Part shown: piece by piece, positions 55,830 to 64,000 of the stretch
Numbering within the stretch: the stretch's first letter is position 1
How the letters are laid out: each line of letters opens with the position of its first letter
NCBI GenBank assembly: GCA_963695345.1
Contig: OY968769.1
Span: 320,001 to 384,000 of the forward strand
Source: an uncultured Methanomassiliicoccales archaeon
Lineage (GTDB): Archaea; Thermoplasmatota; Thermoplasmata; Methanomassiliicoccales; UBA472
Reading direction: 5' to 3'
DNA length: 64,000 nucleotides
Made by a program: the position numbers and the translations under genes
Notes under the pieces: model-generated
Databases searched by the model: none
Told to the model about the DNA's origin: nothing
The model's input: only the letters and a program-made list of their open reading frames with translations

Positions 55830-56903
55830 TCATTTGCCTGCTTCCTTTTTCAACCCGATCTGGGTGACATAAAAGCTGTGCCGGTCCGAATTGACCGTAT
55901 CGAGAGTGAAAGAATATGTTATGAGGAATGTCGGTCCGAAAAGGGTTCCGTCGCAGTCATATTGCTGCTGGCATTGCACCTCGCAGCTAGATTTGCGGCT
56001 CTTGTGCAACCAGCTGTCTTTCATAGCCATGGCGTGCAGATCGTAGAAGGTGTTCTTCTTGGCCGAAAGGCTCCTCATTCCCAAGAAGTTGGACTTCTCA
56101 CCTACCTTGAAGGTACTTCCGGAGGCACCTCCCTTTCCGTTTGCATTGGAGCACGCGCCGGGCGCTTCGCAGGAGTTCTTGACTCTCTTCAGATTTTCGT
56201 GGATGGCCGTACCGTCCCAGGTCTTGCGACCGGGTCCGGACACTTCCATCGCCGCGTAGCCTCCCAAGCCCGTCTTGGTTCCAGACTCGGCCAGGTTAGC
56301 ATCCACGCTCTGCGTGCGCACCTCAGCGACCTTGATGTTCGTAGGACAAGTGGATGCCTCTTTCTTCGGGAGATCCTTGGAGGGAGGGGTCGGACCTGGT
56401 GATGTGTCCTTTGGGGCTGGAGCAGGACCTTTCTTTTCATCATCCTTTCCGTCGATGTAGATCTCATCCAGTTCCTGGAGCGAGTCGATCGCCGGTGAGC
56501 CGTCGATGTGCAACGATCCCGAGACCGCGTTAGGAGGGTCAGATATTTTGTCGGGCTCAGGTCCGATGAGCGCTCTGTTTGGCGTCCAGCCACCCGCCAT
56601 CGCGCCCATGGAGTGCGCCGGCATGGCGGTCTGTCCATCTCCGTACACCCTTACGCCGCTGAAATCATATCCGAACCGGGCATCCCTGACCGGCCGGGTT
56701 CCCGCCTCTGGTGGCTGGGCATGTTCATCATATCTTTCGTTCACGGTCGATGAATACCATGTGGGAACACCGATGACCGCAGAACGATGGATGATCGTTT
56801 TCTTGCCGTCGTCGTCATTTGTTCTGCGGCCGCCGCAATTGCGCTGAAGGACGGGATTCCCAGACATCCTTGCCTCTTGTCCTTTCTTGGCAGCCTGCGC
56901 CAT
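55830..56903 (-). CDS. Candidate eCIS cargo: degenerate DUF4157 leader, Pro-rich linker, Cys-rich unknown domain
   Basis: VLQRNCGG, RFGYDFSGVRVY, no HExxH, PAPAPKDTSPGPTPP, C-terminal domain with 6 Cys. Confidence 0.65.
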   Translation of the reverse strand: MAQAAKKGQEARMSGNPVLQRNCGGRRTNDDDGKKTIIHRSAVIGVPTWYSSTVNERYDEHAQPPEAGTRPVRDARFGYDFSGVRVYGDGQTAMPAHSMGAMAGGWTPNRALIGPEPDKISDPPNAVSGSLHIDGSPAIDSLQELDEIYIDGKDDEKKGPAPAPKDTSPGPTPPSKDLPKKEASTCPTNIKVAEVRTQSVDANLAESGTKTGLGGYAAMEVSGPGRKTWDGTAIHENLKRVKNSCEAPGACSNANGKGGASGSTFKVGEKSNFLGMRSLSAKKNTFYDLHAMAMKDSWLHKSRKSSCEVQCQQQYDCDGTLFGPTFLITYSFTLDTVNSDRHSFYVTQIGLKKEAGK

Positions 56904-56914
56904 CGCCCGTTCGC

Positions 56915-57169
56915 CTATGGACCGATCCCCCCATACACTGCCCGGGCGATCTCCTTCCCGATAGCTCGGGCATCTGAACCGGACACGCTGATATGCCGTG
57001 CTGGAACCTCTGGGTAAGCCCCGCCCGATCCCAGTTCTGGGGAGAGCCCACCCATGGTGATCAGCCTCGCCAGTTCCTGCTCCATGGCCCGCTGCACCAA
57101 CGGCCCTTCATGGCCCCCGACGGGCATCTGGTCCAGCACGAGCCGGTCGATATGGACTTTGATGGTCAT
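56915..57169 (-). CDS. Small conserved eCIS-associated protein
   Basis: IKVHIDRLVLD...ELARL...IGKEIARAVY, a pattern typical of the small gene following eCIS ATPases. Confidence 0.7.
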   Translation of the reverse strand: MTIKVHIDRLVLDQMPVGGHEGPLVQRAMEQELARLITMGGLSPELGSGGAYPEVPARHISVSGSDARAIGKEIARAVYGGIGP

Positions 57170-57185
57170 TGCCTCACCGGGAGCA

Positions 57186-59225
57186 TCATCGGAATTCCGC
57201 CTCGATGACCGGCTTGTTCATTTTCACGAACTCCGTCCTCACGGCGTCCAGAACGAATCGGCATCGTCACCTTTTGCTTCGAGTTCGCGGCGAGGAAGGC
57301 GGCGTTCAGCGCGATGTTGTGGATGCTGCCGCCGGTAAGGTTGAAACGGGCGAGCCGGTCTAGGTCGAGCCTCTCGCACGGCACATCCTTCGGGAAAGAC
57401 CTTCTCCCAGATGACCTTCCTCTCCGCCGGACCAGGATAGGGGAAGTCGACGATGAAGCGGAGCCTGCGGACAAACGCCGGGTCGAGGGCGCTCTTTGCG
57501 TTCGTGGCAAGGATCGCCAGGCCCTGGAACGCTTCCATGCGCTGCAGGAGATAGTTGATCTCGATGTTGGCATACCGGTCATGGCTGTCCTTCACCTCGC
57601 TGCGTTTGCCAAAGAGGGCATCGGCCTCATCGAAAAAGAGGATCACACCTCCTTCTTCAGCGGCATCGAAGAGCCGGCGGAGGTTCTTCTCGGTCTCGCC
57701 GATGTACTTGCTCACCACCTGTGAAAGATCGATGCGGTACAGGTCGAGATAGAGCTCGTTAGCGATCGCCTCCGCAGCCATGGTCTTTCCTGTCCCGCTC
57801 TCTCCGGCAAACAGGGCGGTGATACCGAGTCCGCGGTTCATCCTCTGCCGGAATCCCCATTCATCGTAGACAGTCTGCCGGTTCTTCACCTGGGATGCGA
57901 TATCGTGCAGGAGCTTTGCCTCGCGCTGCGGCAGCACAAGATCGCCCATTGTCGCCTTTGGAGCGATCCTCTGGGCAAGCTGTTCGAGGCGGGGACGGGA
58001 GCTTTCGACGCAGGTTTTCCAGATCTCGATCTCCTCATCCTCCATGCCGCTCGCCAAAATCGATCCTGCCGTCCTGCGAATGGCCGGAATATCCATGGAA
58101 AACTGCCCGGCCAGAGCCATGGCGAATTCGCCGCTGACCTGCGGAGAATAGCTCCGCCATACCGCCTCCTGTTCGGCCCGGGTCGGTCGGGATATCCCCA
58201 TCGCCTGGTAGGGGCAGGGGAGCGGGACCACGTCGAGGACGTCGAGGAAGATGAAGCCGTTGCTGCGGGCGACGAACCGGTGCACAGATAGGGTCTGCGC
58301 CTCATTGTCCCCTTGGTCGAGGAACAGGGATATCGGTACCAGGATGCTCTCCCTTTCGACCAGTCTCGCTAACGCTTCCAGCTCATCGGCTTGTGATGGT
58401 AGGGCACCAGCGGTCATCCGGAACATGTGCCGTCCCAGCGCAGCGGACGCATGTCGGGCTACCAATTCCTTGCTTCCGGAATATGGACCGGTGAGCTCGA
58501 TCACCGGGAGGCCTCCGCCATCGGTCGGCCTCAACGACTGTTCGATCCTTTCCACCATCAATTGTTGGGAAGGAGGCAGTGGTTCGATCTCGATGGCCTT
58601 GGCACAGGGGATCAGCAAGGGAGTGAGCCGATCGTCGAGGATGTTCAGGCCTTTTATGTAACTGACGATCCGTTCATCCGCCCGCAGAGGGCTTGTCATT
58701 AGCGGCCCGGCGCCCACCTGGCCGATCTCTATCAACTGCCAGTGACGCAAAGGCCGGTCCGGGGAGAACGCATCCCAATGCGGTTCCTTGAAAAGGGCGA
58801 GCGCCAGTGCAAAGGTGGGATACGGGCGATAGGGAGAGTCCTGGGCCTTGGCGCACAGGGAGGGGATACGGGTATCCATCTCCATGGCGGCGCAGAGCAG
58901 CAGGATCTCCTGCTCGAACCTCGTAAGTGAAAGCATCTGGCCGAGCATCACCAGCGCAGGAGGTGGTTCGATCTCGGCATTCTTCTCCATCTCCAGGAAC
59001 GCCTTCGCCGTCTGGTCATCGGAGATGGGCACTGAGGTGGATGCGGGCGATCCCGGGCCCTGACCGTTCTTCGTGGAATAGCGTCCTGAAGCGGAACGAT
59101 CGGATGGCTGTAGCCCCTTGGTTCGGGTTCGCGTAGGCCAATTGCTCCAGGCGGAGGCGGAGCCAGGAGAGCGCGCTGTTCAGGTACCTATCGTTGCATT
59201 CCTCCCATTCGTTCTGAACGGTCAA
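57186..59225 (-). CDS. eCIS AAA+ ATPase (Afp15/Pvc15-like), about 3 frameshifts
   Basis: N-terminus in ORF 59016-59225; ALFAGESGTGKT (Walker A), DLSQVVSKYIGETEKNL, LFFDEADALFGKRSEV (Walker B), DPAFVRRLRF; LTGGSIHNIALNAAFLAA lies in a shifted frame. Confidence 0.9.
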
Positions 59226-60499
59226 GTGATCGTCACCTTCTGGTTGGGATCGAAATCGATCAGTGGGGGCGTTCCGGCGGCGGTGAACGGCAGGCTGTCG
59301 ACTCCGTCTACCCTCAGCCTGATGAGGTGCGCCCCCGGCTTGGCATCCCTGACGAGGAAGGTGAAGGTCGTGGGTTCCGCCGTGTCGCTGGGGGTGTTCC
59401 GGGTCAGGGCCGCGATCTGGCTGCCACCGAACAACAGCTGTACCGATTGGTCATCATGAACCCGTGGTCTGCATGTTACCGTCAGCGTCAGGTCGCCAGC
59501 GGGAGCGGTGTGCGGCGCGATCGAGATGGATGGTGCGAGCGTGACGGGCACCTCGTTCGTGACCAGGAGCGGCTTTCCGGGGACATCGATCAGGACCGCG
59601 GCCGTGTAGAACCCAGGCACCCAGGTGGCGTATGCCGTCGCGTCCTCGGCAAGGTCGCCAACGTGGACGGTAAGTGAATCAGCAAAGGTCTTCACGGAAG
59701 CCCTCTCCACCGGAGCTGCCAGCCTCGTGCTGGTGAACCGCATCCGGACTCCTTCCACGTCAAGATGCTTACCGAGGATCTTGACATCGGTTCCGAGTGT
59801 CATGGACGGCATCGAATTGGCGTACTCCGTCCCGGTCAGGATGGGCAACCGCGCAGCAGAGACCGATGCACCTCTATCGGCGGCGCCGCGTTTGAGTACC
59901 GGCAGGGCCGACCTGACCGGCTGCATGCTCTCGATCAACACGATGGACACCTGGTATGCGGCACAGATGCGGTAATCGGTCTGGAACATCATCCAGAGCT
60001 TTGAGAGCTCGTCCATCGATATCGGCAGATGGGTGATCCGGATGTGCTCGGGCTGATGGTCTATGTGGCTGTCGGAGAGGAGAGCAGATATCTCAGCCGG
60101 ATCAAAGAGGTCGGATACCCCTATGAGAGGGAAATCGGAGAGTATCCTCATCCCCCGCCCTAGTATGCGATGGGCAAGCCTGTCGTCATCCCCCTTGCCG
60201 TACGCGGTGATCAGGTACTGCAGGTCCAGGGCGAGGGGGGGAAGGGCCGACTCTCCCGGTCTAACAGTACGGGGCATATCCATGTTGCGTGTCGATCCAT
60301 TGGGGGAAACATGGTACAGGAAGATGTTGACCTGGTTCGCTGTCTTTGTGCCAGGCCTCGCCTTGCCCGGGGGAAGCGTGGTCACGTCCAGATCGGTCAG
60401 CTCAGTGTCCGTGCTCCCGTCGTCATTGAGCTTGATCCCCAACTCAAGGAGCTTCGCCATGACCGCCGTGACGGTAGCGATCGCCATAGAACCGCTCAT
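59222..60499 (-). CDS. DUF4255 / Afp16-Pvc16-like cap (terminator) protein with Ig-like C-terminal extension
   Basis: AIATVTA, VNIFLYHVSPN...RN, PLALDLQYLITAYG, ELSKLW..FQT.YR..AAYQVSIVLIE, LRVDGVDS. Confidence 0.88.
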   Translation of the reverse strand: MSGSMAIATVTAVMAKLLELGIKLNDDGSTDTELTDLDVTTLPPGKARPGTKTANQVNIFLYHVSPNGSTRNMDMPRTVRPGESALPPLALDLQYLITAYGKGDDDRLAHRILGRGMRILSDFPLIGVSDLFDPAEISALLSDSHIDHQPEHIRITHLPISMDELSKLWMMFQTDYRICAAYQVSIVLIESMQPVRSALPVLKRGAADRGASVSAARLPILTGTEYANSMPSMTLGTDVKILGKHLDVEGVRMRFTSTRLAAPVERASVKTFADSLTVHVGDLAEDATAYATWVPGFYTAAVLIDVPGKPLLVTNEVPVTLAPSISIAPHTAPAGDLTLTVTCRPRVHDDQSVQLLFGGSQIAALTRNTPSDTAEPTTFTFLVRDAKPGAHLIRLRVDGVDSLPFTAAGTPPLIDFDPNQKVTIT

Positions 60500-61456
60500 T
60501 TCGCCACCTTTCCAGCCGGTCTGCGCAGGTAATCCGCCAGGTCCAGCTCCGGCATCTTCCGGTGGTGTTCCTTCGCTTCCCTGGCGGGAACGGCCCGCAC
60601 CTCAATGCGGCCTATGGTCACTTGGACCAATGGTTCACGGGCTGGTCTTCCCTTTGCCGTCGGCGCCGGGGTGATTTGAGACGGAACGGAAACTTTCCTG
60701 GGCGGTCATCCTGGATGGTTCGGGTCCAGACGTCTGACGGGAGCTTGGATGGACTTTCGTTGCCTCACTGGGGATGCGCGTGTTCCCGATGTCCAGGGCC
60801 ACCGCTTCGGTGCCCATGCCTTTGCGGACAGAGCGGACCGGCAAACGTTTCTCCCGCGTTTCGATGGAGGATGACACCGGACCCGTCTCTCTCATTTCCA
60901 GGGTTGCTCCCTTCCCGGGTACGGCCCTGCCGTTCTCCGGAGGTACCTCTTGACGCGGCTGACCAACAGCCGATCGTCTGATGATACGGCTCGGTTCTGG
61001 CTCCACTTGAAGTGACAGTGCCCTGGCTGACGGTTCATCGCCTTTGTCCGCGTGAGGTTTTGCCTGGACCCTCTCCCTTACGCCCTCCGAGACGACCGGC
61101 CTGTCCATGATTGGCCTCCCCGTTCTTTCCTCCTCCGGTATCTCCTCGGGAGCGGGAGATCTAAGCGCGGCAACGCGGGTCATTGTCCTGAACGCCGCGG
61201 GCCCACGGACAACTGGACGTCTGACAATCGATGGTTCGGGATGCTGGACCTCCCTGACCTCGGCGATTTCCAACGGAGACTCCTCTTCCCGTGGTACCAA
61301 GGAACCCGGAATGAAGATGGGCCGGACCTTGTCCATCGAACCTTTCGAAAGATCCGTCCCGTCCCTTCGGGTCTTCTCGTACCGAGATGGAAGGCGGGGC
61401 TTGATCCCCGCCGGTCGCTGGTTGCGGAGCACCAGGCTGGTCAATAGATCGGTCAT
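60496..61456 (-). CDS. Low-complexity eCIS-associated protein (frameshift near 60650)
   Basis: N-terminal IKPRLPSRYE and a disordered middle; the shifted frame gives LVQVTIGRIEVRA...LADYLR and stops at an ATGA overlap with the DUF4255 gene. Confidence 0.7.
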
Positions 61457-62187
61457 TCGGTCACCTTTTCCAGGTACATCTGCCTCCGGGCCGCGCTCAT
61501 CGAGAGCACCTCGGTCTCGTTCCAGCCATAGGCCATGGCGAGCTGGTGGACCTCATCGACGGTTCTGGCCGCCCAGTTTTCGATCTCGTCCCAGAAGAAG
61601 GACAGGATATCGAAGTCCTCCTGCCATTTCTCATTGCAGTAAGGGCAGGTCAGTGAAAGGATGGTGACCGTGTGAGGGTCAGCCCGTTCCATAGCCTCCG
61701 TCAAAGCGTTGAGCACCTCCGCCGGCAAATGGTCGGATGTCACCGGATCCAATCCGTTCTTGGCGTCCAGAATACAGCGTCTGAGGAGGAGGTCCTTTGC
61801 CTCTGAGGGTATCTTCATATCAGCGATCGCCTCAAGGTCGGTGGTATCCGGAAGACGGAACCAGACCGAGTACCCGTCAGATATTAGCGGGTCCACCGTT
61901 GCCGATCCCGAACCGCCTGGCCCCCGGATGTCCGAAGATCGAAGGGCTGTTTCAACCAATTCCTCGCAACTAGGACAACGTGCCACAGCCTCAAGGACTG
62001 GACCGAATATCTGCTCCCGAAGCCTGAGGAGCTGTCTGTCACGTTCCCCGATCGGCATCCGGACAAGGGCATCCCTGGTTGCTCCCGAGTTAGCTGCGGA
62101 AAGCAGGCTGATCGCCCTCTCATAAGGGACTAAACCCTGACCTATTTCCCAGACGTCCAGAAGCTCCTGGGCCGACAGCGATCGCAT
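61453..62187 (-). CDS. Phage baseplate / tail-assembly-chaperone-like protein with two CxxC motifs
   Basis: LLDVWE.G, IGERD..LL.LR...FG, CPSC, FRLP, CPYC, EVHQLA.AYGW.E.EVL.MS..RR..YL. Confidence 0.75.
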   Translation of the reverse strand: MRSLSAQELLDVWEIGQGLVPYERAISLLSAANSGATRDALVRMPIGERDRQLLRLREQIFGPVLEAVARCPSCEELVETALRSSDIRGPGGSGSATVDPLISDGYSVWFRLPDTTDLEAIADMKIPSEAKDLLLRRCILDAKNGLDPVTSDHLPAEVLNALTEAMERADPHTVTILSLTCPYCNEKWQEDFDILSFFWDEIENWAARTVDEVHQLAMAYGWNETEVLSMSAARRQMYLEKVTE

Positions 62188-62203
62188 GGAGAACCACTTT
62201 GCC

Positions 62204-62719
62204 TTAGCTTATGGTCGGTTCCGTCGGTTCCGGAACCTCGGTGTCCCTCTCCCAGCCCTCGTTCTCCAGCTTGATGTGCTCGATGGCGACAGCATTGGCG
62301 TTGGCGTCAAGGTCGGGAAGGGCCTGATATTCCGATACCCAGCAGCGGAATACCTTGTAGGCGATCGCCAGCTGCCCCGCTTCGTTGTACACCTCGATGA
62401 TGATATCCTTCCGGAAGTCCTTCAGGGAGACCTCGCTTCCCAGCCCGGCACCGAAATTCCAGACCTTCTTGGCCCAGTTGGCGAATTCCGGGTCGTGGGT
62501 CACGCCCCGGTCGAGTGAGATGGCGTCATATTCCGTCCGCCCCGGAGATTTCCGGGTACTGCTCGGGTCGCCGCCCTCCCGGTGCTTGACCACCTCGGTC
62601 GTACGCTTTAGGGAACCGACCTTACTGATCCCGGCAACGTACCGTCCATCCCATTTCACCCGGAACTTGAAGTTCTTGTACGGGTCGAACCTTGTTGTAT
62701 TGACACTGAATTGCGCCAT
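62204..62719 (-). CDS. Tail tube protein (T4 gp19-like, Afp1/5)
   Basis: RFDPYKNFKFRVKWDG, HREGGD, PGRTEY..I.L.RGVT, RKDIII..YNEAG, CWVSEY..LP.LDA. Confidence 0.93.
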   Translation of the reverse strand: MAQFSVNTTRFDPYKNFKFRVKWDGRYVAGISKVGSLKRTTEVVKHREGGDPSSTRKSPGRTEYDAISLDRGVTHDPEFANWAKKVWNFGAGLGSEVSLKDFRKDIIIEVYNEAGQLAIAYKVFRCWVSEYQALPDLDANANAVAIEHIKLENEGWERDTEVPEPTEPTIS

Positions 62720-62729
62720 GTTTTTCACC

Positions 62730-64000
62730 TCACGTCTGGATCTCCCCGGCGATCTGCTGGATCTTGATCACAACGAACTCGGCTGGCTTCAACGGGGCAA
62801 AACCGACGATGATGTTCACGATACCCAGGTTGATGTCGTTCTGCGTCGTGGTCTCCTTGTCGCACTTGACAAAATATGCCTCCTTCGGGGTGCTTCCCTG
62901 GAACGCCCCCTGGCGGAAGAGGTTGTGCATGAAAGCCCCGATGTTGAGACGGATCTGCGCCCAGAGCGGCTCATCGTTGGGCTCGAAGACCACCCATTTG
63001 GTGCTCCGGAAGAGAGCTCTCCTCAATGAACAGTGCCAGTCTTCTGATCGGGATGTACTTCCACTCCGACCCTATCTCGTCGTTCCCGCGCAGCGTGCGC
63101 GCGCCCCATGCCACCGTTCCGTAGACCGGCATGGTCCTGATGCAGTTGATCCCCTTCTGGTTCAGGACCCCGTTCTCCATGTCCGTGAGGGGCTCTTTCG
63201 TGCCGATCACCCCAGTAAGGCTGGCATCGACACCGGCGGGCGCCTTCCACACGCCGCGGCTGGAGTCTGTTCGGGAGTAAATTCCGGCCATGAACCCGCA
63301 GGGAGGGACATCTTTGGGCCGGTACTCCTGAAGAGCGTCAGGTATCTTCAGCCAGGGGAAGTAGAACGCGGCATTGATGGCGTCATCCCCTGTGAGCGAC
63401 CCGGACAGACCGCCCGTTCCACTGAGCGCTGTGAACGTAGCGGAATCGGCGCAATCTACGATGAGAAATGCACGTTTCCTCCGGCAGAAACCCTCGAGGA
63501 GGGCAAGGACCGCTGGGGTCTTCTCCCCGGGCACGCAAAGGATGTTGAAGAGATCGACCCGGTTCAACAGCGGCACATCACCGGAGCCATCGGTCAAACT
63601 GCTTTCGAAATTCGCTGTGTTGGGTACCAGAACGACCCCATCCTGGCCACCTTCCAATGGCTCGAGGGTCGTCGTGTCGGCCGGAGGCGAAGCGGGCGTC
63701 GCCACGGCAGCGGCGTTCACGATGAGCGATTCGTCATTCAGCACACTGATCACGTAGCGTGGGTCCGTTGCGTCCACTGATAGGTTCTCGAAGGATTCAA
63801 CGACGTTCCCCAGGTTGTCGGCGTCAGTTGTCTTGATGAACGACAGGATCTGAAGACGGAACCTGGTGGCATCGTCGGTCCGCTGCTTTATTCCGATCCT
63901 GTAGAGGTTGCCCCATGTTCCTGGGTTCTTTGCAGTAACGGTTATCTTGTTGTCGATCGTCACCGAGGCGGGCACCGCATTGTTGGTCGCGGTGGCGTCC
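62730..64000 (-). CDS. Contractile tail sheath protein (Afp2/3/4-like), 5' truncated, frameshift near 63020
   Basis: AAFYFPW, PPCG..AG.YSRTD..RGVWKAPAG, LNQKGINCIR, WGARTL, WKYIPIRRL, WVVFEPND, GFAPLKPAEFV. Confidence 0.95.

Overview
Archaeal genomic DNA, most consistent with a Methanomassiliicoccales/Thermoplasmata-like host. This is an inference from the archaeal-type ValRS, a class III signal-peptide pilin, a tandem-HTH Lrp/AsnC regulator, TATA-like promoters and many FN3/LRR/beta-helix surface proteins. The window opens with housekeeping genes (valS, tRNA-Gly GCC) and continues into a visibly AT-richer accessory stretch. That stretch holds a BspA-LRR stalk adhesin, an HTH + nucleotidyltransferase pair, and a cluster of three different clan CD cysteine proteases: a metacaspase, a transmembrane LRR-FN3-TM-CHAT 'receptor protease' and a clostripain. 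Next come a thioredoxin-(FN3)8-CcdA fusion, further adhesins, a DEAD-box helicase, a pilin, a DNA glycosylase and a Dna2/Cas4-like nuclease-helicase. The right ~23 kb (40985 to the window end, minus strand) is a near-complete extracellular contractile injection system (eCIS, Afp/PVC-like) operon with two DUF4157-type cargo candidates, one carrying a peptidoglycan-binding-like motif, and a PKD domain inserted into a baseplate protein. Many genes, including the essential valS, carry single-base frameshifts that look like long-read indel errors. All family calls come from motif recognition by eye; no database searches were run.
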